A stretch of 64,000 bases of DNA from an uncultured Thermoleophilia bacterium (lineage in GTDB: Bacteria > Actinomycetota > Thermoleophilia > UBA2241). A program made the translations under genes and the position numbers. The notes beneath the pieces were generated by a model. The model was not told the DNA's origin. It searched no databases and saw only the letters and a list, made by a program, of their open reading frames with translations. This document shows, one piece after another, positions 49,361-60,900 of the stretch (positions are counted from its first letter, which is position 1; the number at the start of each line of letters is the position of its first letter). The stretch is from contig CAWFDC010000019.1 of assembly GCA_963814545.1 (NCBI GenBank), forward strand, positions 229,872 to 293,871. Reading direction: 5' to 3'.

Positions 49361-51440
49361 ATGCGACAGACAATCCTGACGCTCATCGCGGCACATGTGT
49401 TCCTCCTGTCAGGTGACAGCCTCATGGCAGAGGAAACCCTTGCCAGATGGTCATTTGATCAACTCGACCGCTCGTCAACGCTTGAGGAGGTCTCAAATCA
49501 ACCGGACCCAATCGTTGGATTCTACGACCCGGTTGCCGGCATCGGCAGCGGTGCCATTCAACTGGATGGCTACACCAGCTTCCTGGAGCGGGCCAAGTTC
49601 AGCCGGGACCTTCCCCGGCAATTCACGATCCATGCGTGGCTGGCTCTGGAATCGTATCCTTGGTTCAGGAGCCCGGTTTTCGACCTGCGGCGCGCTGAGA
49701 GAGACGGCGTGGTCCTCGGGGTTGACCGCTCGGGCAAACTGGCCATGGGCTTGGGGCAGCCCGCCACCTGGTTGGAGATCGAGGGCCCGCTGCTGCCTCT
49801 CAGACAATGGTTGTTGCTGACCCTGGTGGTCGAATCGGGGCAATCGGCACGGCTGTACCTCAACGGCCGGCTGGTGGGCGAGGCGGCGTCCAGCCCGCTT
49901 CTCGGCCGAACCGCCGATCACAAATTGACCATCGGCAGGAACGCCATCCTCGAGAAATGGGTCGATTTCCAGTACACGGCAACGAACAGCTTCGCGTTTC
50001 TGGATGGCAGGCTTGATGAGGTCACGGTTTACGGCGCCGCACTCAGCGCCTCCGAAATCAAGAAGGTACACGACAGTCGGCTGCCATTGCCAGAGGTGCA
50101 ATCGCCCGCGCGAATTCTCCCTTCGGGACCCGCTGGACCGTCGGAGTTCGGCGCCCATTACACCCGGCTGAGTTACACCAAGCAGTGGGACAGGCTGTGG
50201 CGGGTTGGCGATCACCCGGACATTCTGGTGCGTTTTGCCGCCAACAATTGCCGCCTCGTGTTCTGGCGGGGAACCAGTTTTGTTCCTTGCTGGGTCACCG
50301 AGAATGGCATCTGGTTCACCGACGAATGGCTGGAGACTTGGGGCCGGGATGTGGTCAGTTGCGCCGAGCCGCTGATGGACCGCGATTGCCGGTTCAGCCA
50401 TGTCCGCATCATCGAAAACTCGCCGGCCCGCGCCATTGTGCATTGGCGCTACGCGTTGGTGGACACCGAATACACCTTCGCCGCCAAGGATGTGGATGGC
50501 AGCGGGGAGTGGGCCGACGAATACTACATCATCTATCCGGATGGGGTCGGGATTCGGAAGATGGACTTGTTCTATTCCAAGCCGCTGCGCAAACACGACT
50601 GGGAGGAAGCCATTATCCTGTTATCACCGGGGCAGCATCCGGACGAGGTGATCAATGATCCCGAGATCACGTTGCTCAACATGGCAGGTGAACGCCATGA
50701 TTACTCCTGGCGGAAGGACTTGCCCGTCGAACTCAAAGCGCCGCCCAAGGCCAACATCCACCTGGTGAACCTGAAGAGCGAATACAGGCCCTTTTACGTC
50801 GTTTCGCCGGAGCCGTTTGAGTCGGCCGAGGGACGATTCGATTCCCCGTTCTTCAGATCGTATAGTGCGGCCCAAGCCATCACTGAACTATCGGCCTGCT
50901 TCGGTGCCCAGTGTTTACGGATGGTGGAATCACTGGCCGGTGACTCCCGTGCCCGGTGATGGTCGCTGGGTCGTCAACAACGACCAGCCGTCGCATTTCA
51001 ACCTGACCACCTTCACGCAATGGAAGGATTATCACATGGATGAGCGGGTCAAGACACGGATCATGCTTAACGGCATGACGAACAAGAAGGCGCAGGATTT
51101 GGTGCCCTTGGCCCGCAGTTGGCTGCAGCCGCCCAGCCTCGCGGTCACGCAAGGGCAGGCCAGATACGAACCTGCGGAACGGGCCTATCTGATCAGCGGC
51201 ATCGGCCCGGGAGGCATGGAAGGAACATTGCAGGCAGACCAGGAACATCCTGCGCTCAAACCCGCGTTCGTGTTGAATGGCCTGCGCCTGGAGAACCCGG
51301 TGGTTCAGGTTGACGGGAAGCCCCTGGTGGCGGGCACGGACTTCCAGCATGGCACGATCCGGGAATTGGATCAGTGGAAGACGGTCATCTGGCTGAACCG
51401 TGATTTCTTGCGGGCAGTGAAGATCAGGATTGCTCCGTAA
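49361..51440 (+). pseudogene. Secreted LamG-domain protein with a large C-terminal domain, one frame break
   Basis: ATG 49361 (MRQTILTLIAAHVFLLSGDSLMA). LamG features (…FTIHAWLALE…RLYLNGRLVGEA…LDGRLDEVTVYGAALSASEI). Continuity runs from track ORF 47054 into 50817. Break at ~50850. Confidence 0.7.
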
Positions 51441-51472
51441 GCCCCAGCCACGTCACCCATCGAGTGATACCT

Positions 51473-52852
51473 ATGAGAACCCAAGCTCTCCTCAACCTGG
51501 CGCTGGCCTTGTTCGCGTTAACGGTTGTCCCGCCCTTCGCCGCCGCCGCCCAGCGGCCGCACTTCGTCATCTTTCTCACCGATGACCAGCCATACAACGG
51601 AATGAGTTGCACCGGCAGCCCCGTGCTCAAGACGCCGAACATGGACCGCCTTGCCGCCCAGGGGGTGCTGTTCGAGAAGGCCTTTGTCACCACAGCCATC
51701 TGCTGCTCCAGCCGGGCCAGCATCTACACCGGGCAACACATGCGCCGCCACGGAATCGAGGACTTCAAGAAGCCCCTGTCCGCCGCGCAATGGCGACAGA
51801 CGTTTCCCGCGCTCTTGCGCGAGGCCGGTTACCGCACCGCGTTTCTCGGCAAGTTCGCCATCGGCGCGCCCCAGGATAGCCGTGGTCTCGCGCTGCCGGC
51901 TGACCAGTTCGACCTCTGGTATGGCTTCCCGCAAAGCATCGCCTTCAAGCAAACCCCTGATGGCAAGACGCGCTACCTGACGACGGTGATGACCGAAAAA
52001 GCGGTCGGCTTTCTCAAGGAGACGAAGCCGGACCAGCCGTTCTGCCTGATCGTGGCGCTCAAGGAGCCGCACGGCCCGCGGAACTACTTCGACCCGGAAT
52101 TCAAGGACCCCATCGCCGGGAGCACAATTCCGCAGCCGTTCAACCTGACGCGCCAGTCGTTCGACGCATTGCCAGAGATCGTGCGCCGCGGCTTGAACGC
52201 CGTTCCTGATTGGCTGCAAAAGCCGGAGGCCTTCCAGGCCGAGCTGCAGTCGGAATATGCCTTGATCAGCCGCTCCGACCTCGCCATTGGCCAGATTTGC
52301 CGAGCCCTCAAAGAGCAAGGATTCGATGACAACACCGTGGTCATGCACACGTCCGACAACGGCTCGCTCGATGGCGCGCATGCGCTGGAAGGCAAATGGC
52401 TCATGTATGAGGAATCCATCCGTGTGCCGCTGATCATTCGCGATCCCCGGCTTCCGGTATCCACGCGCGGACGCCGCCAGCAGATGGCCTTGAACATTGA
52501 TTTGGCGCCGACGATTCTCACGATGGCTGGTTTGCCGGTGCCGGCTGGCATGCAGGGCGTGAATCTCCAACCCCTGTTGCGTGATGCGGCCACCAAGGGC
52601 CGCGAGGACTGGTATTACGAACACGTTTACACCCCCGAACCGGGGCGGCGGCCGATCCCCAAGAGTGAAGGCGTGCGCACCGAACGCTGGAAATACATCC
52701 GCTACACCGAGCCTCATCCGCCTGTGGAGCAACTCTTTGATCTCGCGGCCGACCCGCAGGAGGAGAAGGACCTGGCCCGCGACCCGACACACGCCAAGCC
52801 GTTGAGCACTCTCCGCGACCGATGCGATGCCTACCGCAAATCATTGCAATAA
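51473..52852 (+). CDS. Type I sulfatase (GlcNAc-6-sulfatase-like subgroup) with a variant FGly motif
   Basis: Signal peptide. RPHFVIFLTDDQ. Active-site segment AICCSSRASIYTGQ. C-terminus …RTERWKYIRY…LFDLAADPQEEKDLA…. Confidence 0.85.
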   Translation: MRTQALLNLALALFALTVVPPFAAAAQRPHFVIFLTDDQPYNGMSCTGSPVLKTPNMDRLAAQGVLFEKAFVTTAICCSSRASIYTGQHMRRHGIEDFKKPLSAAQWRQTFPALLREAGYRTAFLGKFAIGAPQDSRGLALPADQFDLWYGFPQSIAFKQTPDGKTRYLTTVMTEKAVGFLKETKPDQPFCLIVALKEPHGPRNYFDPEFKDPIAGSTIPQPFNLTRQSFDALPEIVRRGLNAVPDWLQKPEAFQAELQSEYALISRSDLAIGQICRALKEQGFDDNTVVMHTSDNGSLDGAHALEGKWLMYEESIRVPLIIRDPRLPVSTRGRRQQMALNIDLAPTILTMAGLPVPAGMQGVNLQPLLRDAATKGREDWYYEHVYTPEPGRRPIPKSEGVRTERWKYIRYTEPHPPVEQLFDLAADPQEEKDLARDPTHAKPLSTLRDRCDAYRKSLQ

Positions 52853-53244
52853 CCAAACCATGGAAGGGCAAGCGGATTACCTCGCTTCTGGAACGGACCA
52901 GGACCACGCGCGTGGGGGTTGACGACAAGGATTGCGGCGCCGACGACACCCTCAGCGCCCCGCAGTGGCAGCCCTCGAAGCAGTCCGTGGAAGAAGATCC
53001 GGCGGCGCAAAATGGGACAAAGCGCGACGCAAAATGGTAGTCGACTCGATTCACCCGCATGATGTACAAACCATGATCAAGGCCATGATTGCAGTTTTGC
53101 CTCAACACAAGGGTGTTCGCGGCGGTGTCAGATTCCAGCCCGGTGCCGGTGGCGCATTGCGACGGTGGCTTGCTGATTTCCATCGAACCCTTCGGTTACG
53201 CCAGGCAAACGACGTTGAATGACGTCAAAACTCGAGTGGATCTT

Positions 53245-56200
53245 ATGAAGACAAATCAATATGGAGGTCAATTCCTGCGCCGGGCTGCGGCTGCTGGCTT
53301 GCTGGCCTTGGCGGCGATACTACCCGCCCGGGCCGATTATTCCGACATGGTCATGTCGTTTGGCCCGGTCGGGTATTGGCGGCTGAATGAGCCGGCTGCG
53401 AGCGGCACGGCAGTCAATATTGGCAGCGCGGGCGCATTAGGCAACGCCACCTATCTCGGCAGCCCCGCCCTGCAACAGCCCGGCGCCATGGGGACCGACC
53501 CGGCCGCCCTTTTCAACGGCACCGGCCAGTATGCGTCGGTGCCGTACAATGCCGCCTTCAACCCGTCCGGTTCGTTCACGGTCGGATTCTGGGCCAATAA
53601 GACGAACTCGGATAATGGGACCAGGGGGGCAATCTTCAGCCGTGACCCTGCCTCGAGTGGGCAGAATGGCTGGCTGTTCTTTGCGAGCAACGGTGACGGG
53701 AAATGGTGGTTCCGCACCTACACTGGCAACGTGCGCGCCAATGCCATCTCCGGTAGTTCGATCGTGTTCAATCAGTGGACCCATGTGGTGGGGGTTCATG
53801 ATGCGACCGACACGGGCACCAATTATCTTTACGTGAATGGAGTCCTGGCTGCGGCGCCGGTTGGGAATGCCGGCTACACCCCCAATGCATCCTTCCCGAT
53901 GTTCTTCGCCGCCTGGGCGGAATACGGGCACAGAGCTGCCGGAGTACTTCTTCCCCGGATTGCTGGATGAAATCGCGTTCTTTGACAAGGCGCTCACGCC
54001 GGCGCAGATTCGCGATCTTTACCTGGCGGCAGAGTATCCCCCCCGCATCGTGCAACAACCGTCGGCTCCAAGCAAAATCTACGAAGGCGACCCGGCACCG
54101 CTCACCCTCAGCGTCGTGGTCGAGAATACTTCGGCAACGCCCGCAACGTATCAATGGACCAAGGACGGCATCAACATTCCTGGAGCGACCACGGCCAGCC
54201 TCGCCCTCGGCGTCATGACCGTAAGTGCCAGCGGCAATTATGCGGTGGTGGTCGCCAACCCCAACGGCTCCGTCACCAGTGTCGTCGTGCCCGTTTCCGT
54301 GGTGGTCGCCCCGCCCGGCCGTGTCGATTACGCCCACACCGTATTATCGCTGCAGCCGGTCGCTTATTACCGGCTGGATGACGCGGCGAGCGCAACCACG
54401 ACCGCCAACGCCGGCAGTTGGGGCGCTGGCGCCGATGGCGCCTACAGGTCCGGCGCCACCGGCGGCGCGCCGGGAGTGCCTTACCCCGGCTTCGGAGCCG
54501 GCAACTACAGCGCCCTATTCGCGGGCATCGCGGGTCTCGAGCGATGGCGTCGTGGGCGACCCCGATACCCCGGGCAGTTGCATCAGGATCCCTGCCCAGA
54601 GCGGGATTGTCGAAGACATGACCATCACTTGCTGGGTCAAACGCAACGGTGACCACTGGGTCTGGCGGGGCCTGGTAACCCAGCGCGACAGCGATTCCGC
54701 GGCTCCCAATGGTGCCGGCAATGGCACCGGCCTGACGCTCGGCGCCAATGGCAGCAGCCCGGATGTGGGACAGGAATTGCGCATCCTGTGGAACAAGGGC
54801 GATGTGTACTGGCAGTATGATCCGGGCTTGAATACTCCCAACCAGGAATGGGCCTTCTGCGCGGTGGTGTTCACGCCTACCAACCGGACTGTTTACCTCA
54901 ACACCCATGCAGTCTCGAGGACTGTTCCTGAAGCCGAGGCGACCATGCCGGCCGGTCCCCACGACTGGTCGGTCAACCCGATTTTCATCGGCTATGACGC
55001 CCGGGGGCCGTACTACGGGGAAAACAGCGCTTTCAACGGCGCCATGGACGAGGTGGCCATCTTCGACCGAGCGCTGACAACAAATGAGATGATGCAACTC
55101 TACGCGGCGGCCGAGGTTCCGCCCATCATCCTGGTCCAGCCCCAGGCGCCGCCGCCTCCGGTCTATGAGGGAACGAGCCTGTCGCTGTCCGTTCAGTGCG
55201 ACGAATACGCCTCCGCGTCGCCGCTGCATTACCAATGGACCAAGAACGGCGTTCCCATGCCAGGACAGACCACGGCCGACCTGGCCTTCAGCAACCTGGC
55301 GATGAACGACAGCGGCAACTACGCCGTGGTCGTTACCAACACGTTCGGAGCGGTCACCAGTTCGACTGTGGCCCTCACGGTGCTCACCGGCCCGCCGCTG
55401 ATCGCCCAGCCGCCGCAGTCCATCCAGCGTTACGCGGGTGCCATGGCGACACTCAGCGTCACGGCTTTTGGCAGTGCGCCATTGTCCTATCAGTGGAGTC
55501 TTAATGGCACTCCAATCAGCGGCGCGACCTCCTCCGCTTACACCGTCTTCGATGTCGGAGCAGGGGACGCGGGCGACTACAGCGTGGTCATCACCAACCC
55601 CTACGGCACCGCCAACGCCAGCGCAGCCTTGACGCTGCTCACCGCCACCAAACTGGCGGGGGTGGTCACCGAGCGGACCCCGCTTGGCTACTGGCGTATG
55701 GATGAGACCAGTGGCACGGTCGCCTACGACTATTGGGGCGGCCGCGACGGCACCCTCCGCAGCGGGGTGACGGCCAATGTTCCCGGCCCTGAGCCAACCG
55801 CTTTTCAGGGCTTCGACACGGGAAACAAGGCCTATGAGCTGAACGGAAACGGGGGGTATGTGACGGTGCCACCGTTTGGCCAGATCAATGGCTCGATGAC
55901 CATCGTTGCCTGGATCAAGCCCGATGCCGTTCAATCGGATTGGGCCGGCCTGGTCTTTACCCGCGGGGATGGTGGCAGCACCTCCGGCTTGGCCTTTACC
56001 CAGGGAGGCCAACTCGGCTACACGTGGAATGACGCGGCCGCGAGTTACAACTGGCAAACCGGCATGTATCCAACCGCCGACCAGTGGAACTTCGTTGCCC
56101 TCGTGGTGGAACCGACACAGGCGACCCTGTATTTGGATAGTGGTGGAGGCATGTGGTCCGCAGTCAATACCCTGAATCACGGAACAGCAACCTGGAGTGG

Positions 56201-57794
56201 GGTGCGGTTTGGTTCCGATCCGTACGGTGGTCGTGATTACAAGGGCAGCATGGATGACGTGGCGGTTTACGCGTCCGCCTTGCCCGCCGACGAGATTGAG
56301 AATATCCGCAAGGCTGGAGTCGAGGGCATCTACACCCCGGCCAAGCTGTTCCGATGGAAGGGTGCGGGTGGCGCCAACTGGAGTGTGGCGGGCAATTGGA
56401 ACGACACGGTGCCCGGCGCGAGCGATACCGCAGTCCTCTCGGACAGCTCGAGCGCGGGCGCGACGGTCAACTTGGACACCGACGTTACGGTCGGCGGTCT
56501 GAGATTCAACAACAAGGTGGCCAACCAGACCATCGCCTCCACCAGCGGCAGGACCCTGGCGTTGAGTGGGGGTGGTGTGGAGGTGCAGGCGGGCACGCTC
56601 TCCATCGCTTGCCCCATTGATGCGACGGCCAACGGTTTGACCAAAAACGGCTCTGGGGTGCTGAACATCGCTGGCCCGATGCAGGTCACGTACCAACCCC
56701 CCGATGCGTGGACCTTCCACCAGGTGAGCGGAATCGAATTGAGCGGCACCGGGTCGTGGACCGTTGCCAATGACTTCCCAGTGATGGACGTCGTCGGCAC
56801 GGTGACGGTCAACGACAACGCCACGCTGGACTGGTCGTCGAGCGTATCGGGCATCGCCCTTCGGGATGGCGAGACCGGCGTTCTCGTGCAGAATGGCGGG
56901 CTCGTCAAGGGCAAGCCCGTGGGCGAGGGATGGGGGTGCTGCGGGGGGCCCGGGTTCATCCTCGGTAGCAAGCCCGACTACTGGGGCGGCACCGGCGAGA
57001 GCACCGCGGAGTACAATCTGAACGGCGGCATCCTGCTGGTGGCTAGCATCTACAATATTAACCGCGCTTGGGACACTCCCCCCGCTCCGCCCAATGGTTC
57101 GGCCGTGTTCCGGTTCAATGGCGGCATTCTCCGAGCCACGCAAGGGGATTCCACCGATCCGGGTGCGATCAGAGAAGCGTGCACGAACTTGATGGGCAAC
57201 CTGAGTCATGCGTATGTCGGGCTTGGCGGAGCCAAGATTGACGTTGCCTCGTACAACTGCGGCATCAATCAGGCCCTCGAGCACGACCCCGCCCTGGGCA
57301 ACACGCCTGACGGCGGTCTCCACGCCATGTCCACGGGCGGCCCCGGCACGCTGGCGCTTTACAAGCTCAGCAGCTTCACCGGGCCGCTGGCCATCGACAC
57401 CGGGGTGGCAGTTAAGCTCGGATACGCGGGTGATCAGCAAGTCGCCGGCGTATCCATTGGGGGCGTGGATCAAGGGGCGGGCACGTTCGGCGTTGGCCAC
57501 AAGAATCCTAACGGGGTCTTTACCGGGACGGGCACCGTGACCGTGCAACTGCCGCTTCCACCGACGCCCACACTGCCGGCGGACAGCTTCAGCATCGCGA
57601 CCGGCGGGGTGCCGACGTTCACCGATGTTCCGACGACGGCCGGATACACGTACTGGCTGACGTACAAGAACAGCCTGATGGATGCGGCTTGGACCCGCAT
57701 TGGGACCGGGACCGCGGGCGGTGGCAATACGACCTTCACCGATACCGTTACGCCCTACCCGGCCTATCGGTTTTACCGGCTCGAAGTTCAATAG
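53245..57794 (+). pseudogene. Giant secreted LamG x3 / Ig-like / autotransporter-associated beta-strand-repeat protein, two frame breaks
   Basis: ATG 53245 (MKTNQYGGQFLRRAAAAGLLALAAILPARA). LamG endings (GLLDEIAFFDKALT, GAMDEVAIFDRALT, GSMDDVAVYASALP). Ig modules (YQWTKDG…SGNYAVVV). PATR-like GTLSIA…GLTKNGSGVLNIAG. The tail ends AYRFYRLEVQ. Breaks at ~53927 and ~54540. Confidence 0.78.
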
Positions 57795-57826
57795 CGGACC
57801 GCGATCCGCCAAGGACCGGGGAATTC

Positions 57827-57860
57827 AAAGGCCGGAGGAGCAATCCTCCGGCCTTTCTTT
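57827..57860 (+). terminator. Rho-independent terminator
   Basis: AAAGGCCGGAGGA-gcaa-TCCTCCGGCCTTT followed by CTTT. Lies 33 nt after the stop at 57794. Confidence 0.8.
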
Positions 57861-57989
57861 GCGGGAAGCTCTGGAACAAATGCATGCTGGAAAGGCTCCG
57901 TGCGCCCGTTGAACCGTTAACGAAGCAACCCGAGGAAACAAAACACGCTCGATGAGGATAGGCGATTGCCGCGTGAAGCAAGGAACCCC

Positions 57990-60900
57990 ATGAGCAACAT
58001 CGCGCGAAACGTGAGATTCGTGTTCATCTCCGTGGTCGTTATCCTGGCCGCGGCGGGCGTTTTGCCCTCACAGGCGCAAACGTGGTCCAGCCCGCATCTC
58101 GGCGGCTATCTGACCGTGAATTACAACGGGGTCGCCAATACGTACAATGCCGGGTATTCCATGTATGTGGCGCTGTTGGGGCGGCCGCAGTATGCGTACT
58201 ATTCACCCAATTTCCAGGCCAGCCTGCAAATCGGCACCTGGATGGGCTCCCAGTGTGATCCCGGCATCTACTGCGATATCGAAGGCGGGCCAGGTGTCGG
58301 TGGCGGGTACGGGAATCATTGGTGCAACCATGGGTTTGGCATTGGTGCCGTCGCCGGGAATGGCTTCACTAACTTTGCCAACGGCGTCTCGAGCGGCAGA
58401 GGCGTCGGCGTCTATGGCGCGGCCCAAATCAGCCCGAGACTGCTTTATCCACCGCGGTTGGAGATGTTTCGCAATGGCTCGAAAGGCCAGCTTGTCGGCT
58501 ACGGCTACCTGGCGCTGCCGCTGCTGCCGGGCAAGGCCACCACGGACGGGGTCAATGTCCCCACCGGCGATCGTTGGTGGACGTTGTTTTTCAACACCCG
58601 GAACTTCCAGGGCCCCGTTGCCGTCCTCACGCCGCACTTTTACTCGGAAGTGACGAAGAATGATACCGAATGCCGCCGGGAAGATGCTGGACTCGTGCTG
58701 GGCCGGGCCGAACAAGAACATCGCGAATGAGTCACACAATGTTCCCGGGAGAGAGTACGACGGTCCCGAGGGATCCTTCTTGCGCGTGGCCCCCGTGTTT
58801 TCCGCCATCAATCATGGGACAAATGGCAGCATCGCGTTGAATAGTCCCACCGCTTACGACCAGACCGCGCTCTGGAACGCGGTCCAACAATGGTTGACCA
58901 ACAACGGCCCGGCGCCGGTCGGCCCGTTTAATGCCCGAGGTGCCGCACTGCAGACTCTCGGCGGCGGCTCGTTTGGTTGGGGGATTTATGACTCTCCGCT
59001 TGGGTCCGTGCCATTAGCCATGGGGACCACCATGGGATTTTACAACGCTGACTCGGCGACTTGGGGCTTCAAATGGGGGACGAATCAGGTGTCCTACATC
59101 CAGTTCGCTGACGGGACGCCAGCCGCCGTGATGCCGGAATTCTATCAGCTTCAAGCAGGGAAGTGGACACCGGTTTCAGCCGCGACAGTGCCTTCGCAAC
59201 TCGCGAGCGTGACCTTTGACAGCGGCAGTCCACCGCCGACACCCATGACCTACACGGTGCCCAGTGACCCCGTCTGGACGAATCCGGGGCCGGCGGTGGG
59301 CCCGTTCCAGGCGCGGATCGAGGATGGCAACGTGGTGACGTATTACTGGTTTCGCTTCGCCGACCAGCCGGCGATCATGAAGGCCGGTCTGACCCCGGCC
59401 GAGCGCGAACAACTCCAGGCCAACATGGTGAAGATTCACAGCGCCTGGACGAATGGCGGCACTTACCTCGCCCCGCCGACGATGGGAGCCTTGTGCGACG
59501 TGGACCCGGCCCTGCTGGTCACGCCGCCGCCGGGTCTGGAAGTCGGCTACGTGCCGGTTGCGAGCAATGAGTTCTGGGGCGGGTGGGTGACGCCCACTTG
59601 GAACCAGGCCACCTCGGGTAACTGGAGCACGACGAGCAACTGGGTTTCCGCGTCCCCTCCGGAGGGTGGTGGACATTCGTATTACCGGCTCAATTTCGCG
59701 CCGGCGGGGAGCTACACGACGACCAATGACCTCAGCAACGGCTATGGTTACGGCGGCTTTGCGGCCAACCAGTTGAATTTCTCGGGGGCGGTGACGCTCA
59801 CCGGGAACCCGATCACCCTCACGGCCGACGTGGGGTCCTATCCCCAGATCAACCAGAACAGCGCCAACGCGGTAATGATCAACACGCCCTTGAACCTGGA
59901 CGTGTCCACGACGCTGGGGGGCACGGGCAGCGGGTTGGTGGTGATCTCGAATGTGATCTCCGGCCCGTGGCATTCGCTGACGCTCACCAACTCGGGCACC
60001 TGGCGTATCTGCGGTCTGACCCCCAACACCTACAGCGGCGGCACGATCATCAAGCGCGGCACGCTGATCTGGGGCGCGATAACGAATGGGGTCAGTCCCG
60101 ACTGCAGTTATGCCTTGGGCAGCGGGCCCGTGACGCTCTACAGCGGGGCCACGCTGCAATTTGAACACGCCCGTCCGACCAATGCGTTGACCCTGAATGG
60201 CGGCACGCTCCACGCGGCCAACAGCGCGGGTGCAACGTGGATGGGGCCGGTCACCGTGAACTCGAATACCACGGTGCGCACGGATTACGGAATGGGCATC
60301 AGCGGCAACATCAGCGGCGCTCGCGGCTTGACCAAGACGGGCGCCAACACGCTGACCTTGTCCGGCGTCAACACCTACACCGGGGCCAACGTGGTGCAGG
60401 CCGGCACGCTGTCCTGCTCGACGCCGGATTCGCTGGGCGCTGGCGCCCTGAGCATCAGCAACGGCGCAATGGTCAACCTCAATTACTCCGGCACCCGGAG
60501 CATCTTGTCGCTGACCCTGGGTGGCGTGAACAAACTGGCCGGTGTCTATGGTTCGAGCAATTCCCCGGCGACCTACCAGGACGCGCACTTCAGCGGCACG
60601 GGCACGGTGACCGTGCCGGTGCCCCTGAGCATTGCCAATCTGCCGGCCACGGGGGTTGCGACCAATCAAGCCACGCTCAATGCCAGGCTGGGTTTCAATC
60701 TGGCTTACGGCGGGACTAACGCCACGGTGCTGGCGTACTGGGGCACGGTCAGACGGCGGGACGAATCCGGCCGCGTGGGCCAACTCGGCCTGCGTGGGCA
60801 AGTGGACCAATATTGTTTCGACGAACATTGCCTATACCGCCACGGGACTGGCGATGAATACGAATACGACCTATTACTTTACCTTTCTGGCCACCAACGC

